DNA of 64,000 bases from Candidatus Daviesbacteria bacterium (GTDB taxonomy: Bacteria > Patescibacteriota > Microgenomatia > Daviesbacterales > UBA10151), in the NCBI GenBank assembly GCA_016187025.1, contig JACPKM010000001.1:384055-448054 (forward strand), written 5' to 3'. Shown here piece by piece: positions 8,429 to 19,590 of the stretch. Every line of letters starts with the position of its first letter. Within the stretch, counting starts at the first letter, position 1. The notes under the pieces were generated by a model. The model ran no database searches, was not told the DNA's origin, and saw only the letters and a list, made by a program, of their open reading frames with translations. The position numbers and the translations under genes were made by a program.

Positions 8429-10641
8429 TTACTAAAACCTTTTCTATAAAAGGCATGCATTGTGCCTCCTGTGTAAGGCTTATTGAGAAAGCAGTAGGTA
8501 AACTGGGTGGAGTTGAATCCTGTAATGTAAATCTGGCAACAGAAAGGGCAACTGTTACGTATAACCCAAAACAAGTCTCAGATGAGGATCTATCCTCTGC
8601 TGTTTCCAGTGTGGGTTATTCAGTAATGGAAGAAGTGGATGAAGACAGAGAAAAAAAAGAAAAAGAAGCAGAGCTTAACAAGTTAAGAATTAAAGTGGTA
8701 GTCAGTTTGTTTTTAGGGGGTTTAATTGTCTGGGGTAGCTTTCCGGGGTTGATGGAAACAGCTCCGCAAATTTTACGAAACTTTTTTGTACAGCTACTGC
8801 TTGCAACACCTGTACAATTTTGGGCTGGCCTTTCTTTTTATCAGGCAACCATTCCGGCTTTAAAAAACAGAACTGCCAATATGGATACACTTGTTGCCCT
8901 GGGTACAACAGTTGCTTATACCTATTCAGTAATTGTGACTTTTTTCCCTAAGGTAATAATGCAAACAGGAATTGAGCCTGAAGCATACTTTGATGTTGCA
9001 ACAATTATTATTGGCTTAATTTTACTTGGAAGGTTTTTTGAAGCCAGAGCAAAGATGGGAACATCAGAGGCAATTAAAAAACTAATTGGGCTGCAAGCAA
9101 AGACTGCACGGGTAGTAAGAGACAACAAAGAAGTAGATATCCCTATTGAACAAGTAGTTGTAGGTGATGTAATCAGAGTAAGGCCAGGAGAAAAAATTCC
9201 TGTTGACGGCATGATTCTAGAAGGCGAATCAGCAGTTGATGAGTCAATGGTTACAGGAGAAAGCGTACCTGTTGATAAAAAAATTGATGATAGTGTTGTG
9301 GGTGCCACCATGAACAAAACTGGCACCTTTACTTATAAAGCTACAAAGGTTGGTAAAGATACCATGTTGTCACAAATTATCAAACTGGTTTCTGATGCTC
9401 AAGGTAGCAAGGCTCCAATCCAGCGGATTGCAGATTTAATTGCTTCCTATTTTGTACCTATTGTTATTATGCTTGCGATTTTAACTTTTGTTGTGTGGTA
9501 TGTTTTTGGCCCTCAGCCTGCATTTCTGTTTGCAATGCTAAATGCAATTGCAGTTTTAATAATTGCCTGTCCTTGTGCAATGGGATTGGCAACTCCTACG
9601 GCTATTATGGTGGGGACTGGTATTGGAGCAGAGCATGGGATACTGATCAAAGATGCGCAAAGTTTAGAAACTGCCCATAGGGTAAACACTATAATTTTTG
9701 ATAAGACAGGGACACTTACCCAAGGTAAACCAGAAGTTACAAATATTAAACCATTAAACAAAAGTTTTGGAGCTGATGAAATCTTAAGACTGGCTTCCTC
9801 TTTAGAAAAAGGTTCTGAACATTCACTGGCAGAACCAATTGTTAAAAAAGCCCAAGAGAAAAAACTAAAACCAGAAAAGGTAATGCAGTTTGGGGCAGTT
9901 CCTGGTCAGGGTATAGAAGGACTAATAGGAGGGGAAAAAGTAGTTTTGGGTAACCGTAAGTTAATGGAAAAAGAAAAAATTAATATTGAAGAGTATGGTA
10001 AAGAAATAGAAGGCTTAGAAAATGAGGGTAAAACAGTCATGATGCTGGGAATAAAAAATAATTTAGTAGGGCTTATTGCAGTTGCAGATATAGTCAAAGA
10101 GAGTGCAAAGGAGGCAGTTTCCAAACTAAAAAAGATGGGTATTGAGACAGTTATGATCACAGGAGACAATGAAAAAACAGCCAGAGCAATAGCCAGGCAA
10201 GTAGGTATTGACCGGGTTTTGGCTGAAGTGCTGCCTTCTCAAAAGGAGGCAGAAGTAAGAAGAATTCAGCAAGAAGGAAAAAGTGTGGCAATGGTGGGTG
10301 ATGGAATAAATGATGCCCCTGCCCTTGCAGCAGCAGATATTGGTATGGCCATGGGCTCAGGAACAGATGTGGCAATTGAGGCAGCAGATATAACTTTAGT
10401 AAACAAAGATTTACAATCTATAGCCTCAGCCATTGCCCTATCTAAAAAAACTATGAAGACTATCAAGATGAATCTTGTTTGGGCTTTTGGGTATAATATT
10501 ATTTTGATCCCTGTTGCTATGGGTGTTTTATATCCAGTATTTGGGGTTTTGCTAAATCCGATTTTTGCATCAGCGGCTATGGCTTTAAGCTCAATATCAG
10601 TTGTAGGTAACTCATTGCTTTTAAAGAAAGTGAGAATTTAA
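8425..10641 (+). CDS. copA: Cu(I)-translocating P1B-type ATPase
   Basis: GMHCASC HMA domain, [31 protein letters not shown]...MALSS. Confidence 0.96.
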   Translation: MITKTFSIKGMHCASCVRLIEKAVGKLGGVESCNVNLATERATVTYNPKQVSDEDLSSAVSSVGYSVMEEVDEDREKKEKEAELNKLRIKVVVSLFLGGLIVWGSFPGLMETAPQILRNFFVQLLLATPVQFWAGLSFYQATIPALKNRTANMDTLVALGTTVAYTYSVIVTFFPKVIMQTGIEPEAYFDVATIIIGLILLGRFFEARAKMGTSEAIKKLIGLQAKTARVVRDNKEVDIPIEQVVVGDVIRVRPGEKIPVDGMILEGESAVDESMVTGESVPVDKKIDDSVVGATMNKTGTFTYKATKVGKDTMLSQIIKLVSDAQGSKAPIQRIADLIASYFVPIVIMLAILTFVVWYVFGPQPAFLFAMLNAIAVLIIACPCAMGLATPTAIMVGTGIGAEHGILIKDAQSLETAHRVNTIIFDKTGTLTQGKPEVTNIKPLNKSFGADEILRLASSLEKGSEHSLAEPIVKKAQEKKLKPEKVMQFGAVPGQGIEGLIGGEKVVLGNRKLMEKEKINIEEYGKEIEGLENEGKTVMMLGIKNNLVGLIAVADIVKESAKEAVSKLKKMGIETVMITGDNEKTARAIARQVGIDRVLAEVLPSQKEAEVRRIQQEGKSVAMVGDGINDAPALAAADIGMAMGSGTDVAIEAADITLVNKDLQSIASAIALSKKTMKTIKMNLVWAFGYNIILIPVAMGVLYPVFGVLLNPIFASAAMALSSISVVGNSLLLKKVRI

Positions 10642-10646
10642 AAACT

Positions 10647-11687
10647 ATGGACTTGTGGGTTGTTTTTTTAACAGGTTTAACAGTTGGAGGGTTAACCTGC
10701 CTTGTAGTACAAGGGGGACTACTTGCATCAACTATTGCAGCAAGAGAGGCAGAAGATTTCAGGGAAGGGAGTGGACGCAAGCATAATCTATTACCGGTTT
10801 TGGCTTTTTTGGTTACTAAGTTTATTGCCTATATTATTTTAGGCTTTTTGTTGGGACTGTTTGGAAGTGCGTTGAATTTTTCTGACTCCTCGCGTATTAC
10901 AATGCAGATTTTAGCCGGGGTATATATGGTGCTGGTTGCACTAAATCTGTTAAATATCCACCCAGTCTTTAGATATGTAATTATCCAGCCGCCTAAATTT
11001 TTAACAAAAATTGTCAGGAACACCTCAAAAAGTGCTGATTTATTTGCTCCGGCACTACTTGGTGTCTTTACTATTTTTATCCCTTGTGGGACAACTTTGG
11101 CAATGGAGGCTTTTGCCATCTCGTCTGGTAATCCTTTTTGGGGAGCTGCTATTTTGGGAACCTTTGTGCTTGGTACCACTCCAATGTTTTTAGGGCTTGG
11201 AGTGTTAACCTCAAGACTGGGCGATGCATTCAGAACTAGGTTTTTAAAGATTGCAGGCTTGTTGGTTTTATATATAGGCATAACATCTGTTAACCAAGGA
11301 TTGGTTTTAGCAAATTCGCCAATTACCCTGCAAACCTTAGCAGAAAATAGCCCAATTCAAATTGATTTGAGTGGTGGAGCAAGCAACCAGAATGCAAACT
11401 ATTTAGCAGGACAAGTAAATGGGGTACAAAATGTAGATATCAATATTGAATCTTCTGGTTATAACCCAAGGTATTTACAAGTAAAAAGTGGTATCCCAGT
11501 CAAGATGAACTTAATTTCTAAAAACGTTTATTCTTGTGCGCTTGCTTTTAGAATTCCTGCCTTAAAAATTGCCAAGAATCTAAACCCTACTGGAGTAGAA
11601 ACTATAGAATTTACACCGACTAAAAAAGGAAAAATTGTCTACACCTGTTCGATGGGAATGTATTCGGGCATAATGGAGGTAATCTAA
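10647..11687 (+). CDS. DsbD_2/TauE-like membrane protein fused to a C-terminal cupredoxin
   Basis: GGLTCL..QGG, FIPCG, C-terminal YTCSMGMYSG. Confidence 0.8.
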   Translation: MDLWVVFLTGLTVGGLTCLVVQGGLLASTIAAREAEDFREGSGRKHNLLPVLAFLVTKFIAYIILGFLLGLFGSALNFSDSSRITMQILAGVYMVLVALNLLNIHPVFRYVIIQPPKFLTKIVRNTSKSADLFAPALLGVFTIFIPCGTTLAMEAFAISSGNPFWGAAILGTFVLGTTPMFLGLGVLTSRLGDAFRTRFLKIAGLLVLYIGITSVNQGLVLANSPITLQTLAENSPIQIDLSGGASNQNANYLAGQVNGVQNVDINIESSGYNPRYLQVKSGIPVKMNLISKNVYSCALAFRIPALKIAKNLNPTGVETIEFTPTKKGKIVYTCSMGMYSGIMEVI

Positions 11688-11903
11688 ATGGTTAAGAAAA
11701 AGTTCAAAATTACTAATATGCACTGCAGCTCTTGTGCTATGTTAATTGATGGTGACCTAGAGGATACAGAGGGGGTTAAATCTGCCAGCACTAACTTTGC
11801 CAAAGGCGAAACCGAGATTGAGTTTGATGAGGAGAAGCTCACTGATAAGACAATTTTGGAGACAATAAAAAAAACTGGATATACAGCTCTTCCACAAGGA
11901 TAA
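11688..11903 (+). CDS. copZ: Copper chaperone (HMA domain)
   Basis: MHCSSC and C-terminal GY; 71 aa; last gene of the cop operon. Confidence 0.85.
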   Translation: MVKKKFKITNMHCSSCAMLIDGDLEDTEGVKSASTNFAKGETEIEFDEEKLTDKTILETIKKTGYTALPQG

Positions 11904-11924
11904 TTTTTCAGTTACACTAGTATT

Positions 11925-12911
11925 ATGTTTGATTTAATATCTATTGGCGACTGCGTGATAGACACCTTTATTCCCTTGAACGATGCAGGAGTAGTAGAAA
12001 AAGATGGAGTACAGCTTTTGACTTTAAGATATGGAGATAAAATTCCGGTTGAGCCATCTGTTTCTATGGTTGCCGGAAATGCTGCTAATAATGCAGTTGG
12101 GGCATCAAGGCTCGGATTAAAAACTGCAATTTATACAAACGTTGGTAATAAAGATGATGATGAGGCAGATGATAGGATTATTGCCAGATTTAAAAAGGAG
12201 AAAATTGATACAAGGTACGTGATAGAAAATGCCAACATGTTTTCAAATCATCATATAGTTTTAAATTATAAAGGGGAAAGGACAATACTAATTTATCATC
12301 AACCTTGGAAATTTGATTTACCTGACTTAGACAAATCCAAATGGGTATATTTGACCTCTATGTCACCTTCATATGTAGAATCTAGTGTGGTCGAACAAAT
12401 TATCCACTACTTAGAAAGGTCTTCAAGTAAACTGGCATATCAACCAGGTACTTTTCAGTTAAAAGTGGGAGCCAAAAAAAGCGCCCGTTTACTATCTTTG
12501 ACTGAAATTTTTTTTGTTAACCTGGAAGAAGCAAAGCTTTTTTTGGGTTTTGAGAAGGGTGAGGATATCTCCATAAAAAAGCTTTTAAAAGGCTTATTAG
12601 ACTTAGGACCAAAGATGGTGGTAATTACAGATGGTGGTAAAGGCTCTTTTGGATTTGATGGAGAAAATTATTATAAACTGGATATTTTTCCTGCACGGAT
12701 TTTGGAAATGACTGGCGCAGGAGATGCGTATGCCACCGGGTGCATGGCCGGGCTTTTTTACGGTAATGATCTGCCTGAGGCGATGAGGTGGGGGGCTGCT
12801 AACGGGGCATCGGTAGTTGAGCAAGTTGGTCCGCAAGCCGGGCTTTTGACTTACCATAAAATGCTGGAAAAGTTAAAGGAGAGCTCTAAAATTGTCGCAA
12901 GAGAAATTTAG
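11925..12911 (+). CDS. PfkB-family carbohydrate kinase
   Basis: AGNAANNAVG..RLG, N.EEA, TGAGDAY. Confidence 0.9.
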   Translation: MFDLISIGDCVIDTFIPLNDAGVVEKDGVQLLTLRYGDKIPVEPSVSMVAGNAANNAVGASRLGLKTAIYTNVGNKDDDEADDRIIARFKKEKIDTRYVIENANMFSNHHIVLNYKGERTILIYHQPWKFDLPDLDKSKWVYLTSMSPSYVESSVVEQIIHYLERSSSKLAYQPGTFQLKVGAKKSARLLSLTEIFFVNLEEAKLFLGFEKGEDISIKKLLKGLLDLGPKMVVITDGGKGSFGFDGENYYKLDIFPARILEMTGAGDAYATGCMAGLFYGNDLPEAMRWGAANGASVVEQVGPQAGLLTYHKMLEKLKESSKIVAREI

Positions 12912-14539
12912 TTTTTCTTTGCTATATGATTTAGCGAGTACTCGAATGTTGCATCTACTTTTTTATGGGGGTTGAAAATATCTTTTGAGTCAAAAATTGA
13001 TTTTAATTTTTTAAACAGTTGGTAAATATCCTCTCCATACATTTGCTCCAAATACGGTCCTCTTACCAGTCCATCGTTGTGTTCTGCTGCCATTGAGCCT
13101 TTATACTCAAAGACTAAGTCATAAACTTTTTTTGACAGTTGTGGGATAGCTTGACGGATTTTCATATCAGTCAAATCAACCAGGGGAATAATATGAAAAT
13201 TACCGTTTCCTACATGCCCTGCAATTGTATAGATCATAATCTTTTTATACGGCTCCAGTATTTTTTCCAGTTTAGGTAAAAACTCTGGTAAAACCTCGGG
13301 TTTTACCACTAAATCATCAATAAACGGGGCTGTGTGTTTTCCTCCAGCATGATGGCGGAATAAGTTAAAACTTTCGCGTCTGATGACCCAGTATTTTCTG
13401 GCGTCATCTTCACTGGTTGTGACCCTGCTTTGTATATGAAAGGCTTTGATGTTTTCTTGTGTTTGTTTGGCTTTTTGGTCTGCTTGTTCTAGGCTATCGC
13501 CTGTAAACTCTGCCATCAAGATAAGCTTTGGAAAACCATATTGAAGGGTCATGAGTATCTCAGGAATAAAACTCAAGCCCAGAGAGAGGATATTTTTGGG
13601 TTTTATGACCTTAAATATCTCCATCCAGAATCTGGCTGCAAATTTGGTGGTTTGGTCATCAAAGCTTTCAAAGCTTTCAGGCTTAGATTCTAATACTTTA
13701 TCAACCACCTCACCTAGCTGGTTCAAGTTATACAAAAAGATAATTAGTAATTTGGAATATTTTTTAGGCTTGATCAACCTGAATTTGATTTGTGTAACAA
13801 TCCCTAGTGTGCCTTGGGCTCCTGTAAAAATTTGTGTTGGATTAAAGGTTTCACTGTTCCATACATCCCAAAGTAAATATCCAGATGAGTTTTTAGATAC
13901 ATTGGGCCTTGCTTTTTTAATTAAATCATAATTTTCATCAATCAGTTCAAAAACTTGTTTATATATTTGCCCTTCAAAATCCTTTTGAGAAAGCTTTTTT
14001 CCTAACTGCTCCTTTGTTAGAGGGGTAAATGTGTATTCATTTCCATCTGAGAGTATCATTTTTAACTCCATTACATAATCGTGTGTCTGTCCGTAAGAGA
14101 GGGTTTTTTCTCCGGCAGAGTTGTTGGAAACCATTCCGCCAACAGTACAAATTTCTCTTGAAGCAGGATAACAGGGAAGCAAATAACCCTTTGCTAAAGT
14201 CTCTTTTTCAAAATCCCGGTAGAAAACACCAGGTTGGGTAATGGCATATCCTTCCCCCACCTCTTTAATTTTATTAAAGTATTTGGTCATATCTACAACA
14301 ATTGATTCTCCAACTGCTCCCCCGCTCATATCTGTTCCTCCGGACCTAACAGTGATAGATAGGTTATTAGCGCTTGCAAATTTTACCAATTTTTTTAAAT
14401 CATCAGTATCTTTTGGAAAAACTACAACCTGGGGAGTTATTTCATAAATTGAGGCATCTTTACTGTATTTTGCCAGGGTTTCTGCATCTTCTAAAACCTC
14501 GCCCGCAATTAATTTTTGCAACTCTTCCTTAAGTGACAT
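12908..14539 (-). CDS. FAD-binding oxidoreductase (GlcD/D-lactate dehydrogenase family), no Fe-S tail
   Basis: DASIY, RSGGTDMSG, GAQGTLG, GH.GNGNFH, AEHNDG, IFNP. Confidence 0.85.
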   Translation of the reverse strand: MSLKEELQKLIAGEVLEDAETLAKYSKDASIYEITPQVVVFPKDTDDLKKLVKFASANNLSITVRSGGTDMSGGAVGESIVVDMTKYFNKIKEVGEGYAITQPGVFYRDFEKETLAKGYLLPCYPASREICTVGGMVSNNSAGEKTLSYGQTHDYVMELKMILSDGNEYTFTPLTKEQLGKKLSQKDFEGQIYKQVFELIDENYDLIKKARPNVSKNSSGYLLWDVWNSETFNPTQIFTGAQGTLGIVTQIKFRLIKPKKYSKLLIIFLYNLNQLGEVVDKVLESKPESFESFDDQTTKFAARFWMEIFKVIKPKNILSLGLSFIPEILMTLQYGFPKLILMAEFTGDSLEQADQKAKQTQENIKAFHIQSRVTTSEDDARKYWVIRRESFNLFRHHAGGKHTAPFIDDLVVKPEVLPEFLPKLEKILEPYKKIMIYTIAGHVGNGNFHIIPLVDLTDMKIRQAIPQLSKKVYDLVFEYKGSMAAEHNDGLVRGPYLEQMYGEDIYQLFKKLKSIFDSKDIFNPHKKVDATFEYSLNHIAKKN

Positions 14540-14553
14540 AAAATATTTTAAAG

Positions 14554-15273
14554 TTAATGGATGTAAACTCTTGTGCCGGGGTTTGCCTCGGTAGCTCTTG
14601 CAACATTTTCTCCTTCTGGCACAACCGGTCCTGTCCAGTCAAACAGCTGGGCGACATAATTTAGGGGAGAATTGACACAACCATGGCTCATTGGAGTGCC
14701 AAAGTTGTTGTGCCAGTATGCTCCATGGATAGCATAACCTTTATGAAAAAACATATTATGGGGAACATTTGGCAGATAATAGTATGTGCCTAGTTCTTTT
14801 GATCCCCCTTCCATCTTTTGGCTTCTGGTTTTATACCAAACAGCAAAATCTCCTATTGGCGTAGGGGCCCATTTTCCGGACGAGATGGGAAACTCCATCA
14901 CGATTCTGCTTCCTTCCCAGGCCCTGAGTCTTTGTTCTGGAATAGAAACCTCAATCCATTTTTCCTCCCCAGCGGCATTAGTGGTACCTAAAACTGCTTG
15001 TTCTTCTGCGTCTAATGTGTTTTGGGGAGTTTTTATAGAATAAGCAAGCGAGGTTTTTGGATAATCTATGATTTGGCTATTGAAAATGGCAGTAGTTTCG
15101 TTTTCATCAAACTCACCGCTAACTTTGGTAACATCTGCCTCATTGCAGCAAGATACGGTTGGGTCCCCGGAGAAATTAAATTTATAAGCCAGATCACGCC
15201 TGATTGATTGAAAATTGAGGATGACTAAAAAGACTAAAGATATGATCAGCAATAAAGGTAGTAATCTATGCAT
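14554..15273 (-). CDS. Membrane-anchored L,D-transpeptidase (YkuD family)
   Basis: N-terminal TM; ISSG..PTP.G, IHGAYWH...SHGCVN. Confidence 0.9.
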   Translation of the reverse strand: MHRLLPLLLIISLVFLVILNFQSIRRDLAYKFNFSGDPTVSCCNEADVTKVSGEFDENETTAIFNSQIIDYPKTSLAYSIKTPQNTLDAEEQAVLGTTNAAGEEKWIEVSIPEQRLRAWEGSRIVMEFPISSGKWAPTPIGDFAVWYKTRSQKMEGGSKELGTYYYLPNVPHNMFFHKGYAIHGAYWHNNFGTPMSHGCVNSPLNYVAQLFDWTGPVVPEGENVARATEANPGTRVYIH

Positions 15274-15358
15274 GGGACAGCCTTAATTCAATTGTGTAAA
15301 AATTTATAACTGGTCGTCAAGGGGCAATTTCTTTTTGTGATATTATTAAGTTTCTTCC

Positions 15359-16297
15359 ATGAAGGTATTAAGTGTACTTTTCTATTTAAGCTCCTTTTTT
15401 ATTATCTTTACTACAGTGTATTTATATATTTTTCCTGCCAACTCAGAGTTTAAACTTGTGTCCCCAGTGAGGGAAAAAGCTGTTATTCCAGGTATAAATC
15501 AGTGGTTTCCAAAAGAGGTTTTGGGCGCACAAGTTGCCGAACCTAAAGTTTCAGCCAAAGCTTCTTTTTTTGTGGAAACTGGATCAAGTGAGGTGTTGTA
15601 TACAAAAAATATTCATGAACAACTTCCTATTGCGTCTCTGGCAAAGGTGATGACAGTTTTGATAGCGCTTGAGCACAAAAGCTTAGAGAATTTATACACT
15701 GTTTCAACTAGCGCTGCTTCAGCTGAACCGGATAAAATGTTTTTGATAAGGGATGAAAAACTTAGCTTAAAAGAGCTTTTGTATGGAATATTTTTGATCT
15801 CTGCAAATGATGCGGCAGAGGTTATAGCAGAAGGGACACTGGAGGGAGGAAGAGAGGAGTTTATCCAAGAAATGAACAGAAAAGCTGGTCAGCTGGGGAT
15901 GAAAAATACCCGTTTTGTAAATCCTACTGGTTTAGATGAAGATGAGGGAGGATCTTATTCAAGTACTTATGATTTAGTGTTATTAACAAGACATTTAATA
16001 AAAAGATATCCTGAGGTGGTAAATATTTCTAACATTGATCACATTAATTTAGCTAAAACTGAAAACCATCAGGATTACGACATGTATTCTGGTATAAATT
16101 TATTAACAACCTATCCTGGGGTGGTTGGGTTTAAAACTGGTTTTACCCCACAAGCAGGTTATACCTTGATCACTCTGGCAAGAAAAGACGGAAAAGAAGT
16201 TGTAGGGGTAATACTGGATTCCCAGTACAGGCGGGATGAGGCAAAAGAGTTGCTTGATTATAGTTTTAGCAAGCTCGATATAAGAAATCGCAAATAA
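15359..16297 (+). CDS. D-Ala-D-Ala carboxypeptidase (peptidase S11)
   Basis: ASLAK (SxxK), SAN (SxN), NPTGLD, KTG. Confidence 0.9.
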   Translation: MKVLSVLFYLSSFFIIFTTVYLYIFPANSEFKLVSPVREKAVIPGINQWFPKEVLGAQVAEPKVSAKASFFVETGSSEVLYTKNIHEQLPIASLAKVMTVLIALEHKSLENLYTVSTSAASAEPDKMFLIRDEKLSLKELLYGIFLISANDAAEVIAEGTLEGGREEFIQEMNRKAGQLGMKNTRFVNPTGLDEDEGGSYSSTYDLVLLTRHLIKRYPEVVNISNIDHINLAKTENHQDYDMYSGINLLTTYPGVVGFKTGFTPQAGYTLITLARKDGKEVVGVILDSQYRRDEAKELLDYSFSKLDIRNRK

Positions 16298-16395
16298 TGG
16301 GTAAGAATCGCTGGTATGTGCCAAAACTACGCTTTTTGTGTAAAAATGGTATAGAAGAATTTGTAATTTAAGATAGGGTGGATTAGTATAAAATC

Positions 16396-16671
16396 ATGTG
16401 GGGATTTAGCAAGAAAAGATTTTTAATAACTTTGGGATTAAGCATTTTAATTTGGTTAATGAGTATGGTAGTTCAATCTCTTTTTAGAGATAACGTGAAT
16501 TATGGACTTTTTATATTTGCAAAATCCTGTGAAGTAACTGGATACCCTATTGCTAGATGTATAGCTGATTATGATAAAGGCTCAATTTATCTTACTTACT
16601 CAGTCAATCTCTTTTTTTGGTTTTGGGTGTTACATTTTTCTTGGAGTTGGTTTGATAAACGTCGCAATTAA
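16396..16671 (+). CDS. Small 2-TM membrane protein with a Cys pair in the loop
   Basis: Two hydrophobic segments around SCEVTGYPIARC. Confidence 0.6.
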   Translation: MWGFSKKRFLITLGLSILIWLMSMVVQSLFRDNVNYGLFIFAKSCEVTGYPIARCIADYDKGSIYLTYSVNLFFWFWVLHFSWSWFDKRRN

Positions 16672-19590
16672 TCCAAAAAATGACAAAGTTAAAATTCCTC
16701 CGGATATTATTAGTAATCTACTAAGAATTTGATCGACTGAAGCTTGAGGTGAATTATTAGATAGTTCTTTTCTATTTTCTCCTAAGATTTTACTTACATT
16801 TATTTGGTCTGAAATATAGCTGGGGTTTTTAAAAGTTACTCCTAACACAGCAGGTGGTGAAGTGATAGATTGCTGAGTTGAAGAATTCATTCCTAGACCT
16901 ACATTGGAAGTTGTAGTAGAGGTGTTGTTGGTGTTGTCTGATGAGTTATTTCCACTTGAGGAACCTGTAGAAGATGCGGGAGCCGGAGTGGGTGTAGGAG
17001 TTGGAGAGGGTAAGGGTGGGGTAATTATTTCTACGGTTATTGTTTGAGGGATCTCTTCGTTGCCCAATAGATCAATAGATTTAATTTGTATAGTTGTTTT
17101 GCCAGGTAAGGATATTGTTAAAGGCTTTGTATAGGTATTTACTGTTAGTCCGTTATCTAAACTATATTCAGTTTTTAAAATTCCAGATTCAGAATCAGAT
17201 CCTGTTAAGGTAACAGTTACAGGGTTAGTCCCTGATGTTTCAACTTTAGTAGTTGGTGGAGCTTGGTCCAAAGCAGCACTTCCTGATGCTTCACTAGTGT
17301 GGTTAATGCTTATACTCTCGGGTTTAGTGGAATCAGGATATAGAATAAGGATTGGAAGTGTATCAATTGTTGGATCTAATCCAAATTCAACTTTTGCTGT
17401 TTCAGTGACTGGAATATCTTTATAAATTGTAGTTTTTGAAATCTTATCCTGTTTATATGTTCGAATCTTAATATTAGTTGTTTTTGGATCAGATGATGTT
17501 TTTTTCTTGCGGGTAGCTTTAACAGTAACCTTTCTAGACTTCTTTTTGATAAAAGCGTGTTTGGTTTTATCAGAGGTTGAGTAAAAAGTTTCTGGAATAT
17601 TGGTTTCTATTTCTCCATCATCTTTTAATCCGGTATGTTTCCCTTCTTCATCGTATAATTCCAATTCGCCATCATCCAAAGAGATCTGTTTTCCTTCCAA
17701 GTCAATCTTTTCACTCTTTACTTCAACCGGTAAATCCAGTTCTTCTAAAATAGACTTAACAGTTTGCATGGCAACACCATCTTTAGAGACAAGATCAGAA
17801 TGTTTTTGTTCGACATAATAAATCTTTGCGCCACCTGTAAGGTCTAAAGAATCGCTCTTCAATGAAGCACTATAAAGGGGAACTGTGTCATCACCATTAA
17901 TAAATATCTCTTCTGTTTTAGGGATTAAACTAATTGGCCATGTGATCCACCATGTTTCATGGATTTGGCCCAAAGTAGGTTGTGCAGTACCAATTATTTC
18001 ATAAATTTTTGTACCATTGTTTTGGTTAAGCTTAGGATCCACAAAGCTGTGGAATTGTTCGCTTAGCGCAAAGACTGTCATGTTGTAGTTTAGGTTTGAT
18101 AATAGAGTTTTGGTTTGATCGAAGCTTAAGCTCCCGGTTACATTATTGTTATCTATATCCCTATCATCACGAAAAGGATACGAACGATCTTTATCTGAAT
18201 TGTTATAAAAGTTGAAATACTGATTTGATGGTAGGAGTTGGAAAACAGAAGCCATATTCTGTACGGTATCTTTAATCTCAGTAGCAGGGATACCAAGGTG
18301 TAGAATACCAAAGATTTTACTTTTTAGTGCGACTCCATACATTAATGACTTAAGTGAGTCTACAGATCCCAGGTGGGGGACTCCTAATTCAATTAGTTTG
18401 TTTACTTTCGCTGCTCTTGCCGCATCAGCTATATAATTTCTGGTAACTAGTCCCCCTAAAGAATGGGCAACAATATTAACCTTTGTTTGGCCGGATTTTT
18501 GTTTGGCAGTTTCAATTAGAGTATCCAAGTCAGCTTGAGTAGATCTGATATCTTTTCTCCAGTCATAGGGGAATACAAAAAAGTTTTTATTCTTTTCATA
18601 CCCCATGCCTGTAAAAAATGAGTCAATATCCCCGTATCCGAAAGATGTTAAATTACCGGTTAAGCTTAAATCAGCCTCAGAAGTAACCCCATCTGGTTTT
18701 AACCTCAAAACATCAAAATAATCATCATCCCCAAGTTTTACAGCCTCATCCTGGTTAACCCAGATTCTTTCATCTTTTACATAGGCGTGTTTAAAACTTC
18801 CACCATGTCCGTCATCTTGCTCCCAATAAATATCCTGGTTTATTTTTAGCTCTGATCCGCCAATTCCTGGAATAAATATTACAGCAGCTTTAGGTGGTAA
18901 AGAGGTATTAGTTAACACAAAATATAAATCATCTTTTGAAGAAGTCCAAATATTACAACCATTTTGATAAGGGTTTGTACCATTCCACTTATATAAACCA
19001 GGGTCACAAATACCACTGTTATTTGAAGAGTCCCACTTATTTCCGTTCCCATACCTTACCCCTCCACCGGTAAATAAATCATCCCCCCCTGACCCATATG
19101 AGGCAGCAGCAAAATAAATTGTACCTGAACCTGAGTTAGGATAGTTGGCATTAGCAACTTTGATTAAATATCTATGTCCCGGGATAAAAGTGTAATTACG
19201 GCAGGAAAAATCAAGAGTTACATCTTCGTATCCTGAAGGTGTTTTGTCGCTGCTAAAGCTTAACCCTTCTAACCTATCCTTTGAATTAGTTCCTGCTGGT
19301 ATGCAAGAGCGGATATAAGTGTTGGTTGTTTTATCGTAAATACGTGAATTTTGGCCGGTATAGTCAAATTGATTAGCTCTGTCTTTTGAGGTGCTGACCC
19401 TAAAAGTAAATTTATCAGCAGTCCCGCTTAAATTATCCCCAAGCTCCTGGATTGCTTGATATACTGTAAACAAAGAATCCCACCTCTGAGTTTGTTCAAC
19501 CACAGTTAGTGCATAAATGTCTTTATAACCCACAAACCCCCACGCAACAAATGCGAGCAATAAAACTAATATTCTAGGCAGGGTTTTCAA
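16630..19590 (-). CDS. Large exported, C-terminally anchored LCAT/phospholipase-like alpha/beta hydrolase
   Basis: Signal peptide; FIPGIGGS, FPYDWR, AHSLGG, GVPHLGS, GDDTVP, H; beta-rich module; P/T/S/N linker; C-terminal TM plus basic tail. Confidence 0.8.
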   Translation of the reverse strand: MKTLPRILVLLLAFVAWGFVGYKDIYALTVVEQTQRWDSLFTVYQAIQELGDNLSGTADKFTFRVSTSKDRANQFDYTGQNSRIYDKTTNTYIRSCIPAGTNSKDRLEGLSFSSDKTPSGYEDVTLDFSCRNYTFIPGHRYLIKVANANYPNSGSGTIYFAAASYGSGGDDLFTGGGVRYGNGNKWDSSNNSGICDPGLYKWNGTNPYQNGCNIWTSSKDDLYFVLTNTSLPPKAAVIFIPGIGGSELKINQDIYWEQDDGHGGSFKHAYVKDERIWVNQDEAVKLGDDDYFDVLRLKPDGVTSEADLSLTGNLTSFGYGDIDSFFTGMGYEKNKNFFVFPYDWRKDIRSTQADLDTLIETAKQKSGQTKVNIVAHSLGGLVTRNYIADAARAAKVNKLIELGVPHLGSVDSLKSLMYGVALKSKIFGILHLGIPATEIKDTVQNMASVFQLLPSNQYFNFYNNSDKDRSYPFRDDRDIDNNNVTGSLSFDQTKTLLSNLNYNMTVFALSEQFHSFVDPKLNQNNGTKIYEIIGTAQPTLGQIHETWWITWPISLIPKTEEIFINGDDTVPLYSASLKSDSLDLTGGAKIYYVEQKHSDLVSKDGVAMQTVKSILEELDLPVEVKSEKIDLEGKQISLDDGELELYDEEGKHTGLKDDGEIETNIPETFYSTSDKTKHAFIKKKSRKVTVKATRKKKTSSDPKTTNIKIRTYKQDKISKTTIYKDIPVTETAKVEFGLDPTIDTLPILILYPDSTKPESISINHTSEASGSAALDQAPPTTKVETSGTNPVTVTLTGSDSESGILKTEYSLDNGLTVNTYTKPLTISLPGKTTIQIKSIDLLGNEEIPQTITVEIITPPLPSPTPTPTPAPASSTGSSSGNNSSDNTNNTSTTTSNVGLGMNSSTQQSITSPPAVLGVTFKNPSYISDQINVSKILGENRKELSNNSPQASVDQILSRLLIISGGILTLSFFGLIATFIKPTPRKM

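Noticed and set aside
16900-17025. Pro/Thr/Ser/Asn codon runs (also 44102-45094 and 54300-54375) as tandem repeats or CRISPR
   Set aside because: These are low-complexity protein linkers without fixed-length DNA repeats or a repeat-spacer pattern.
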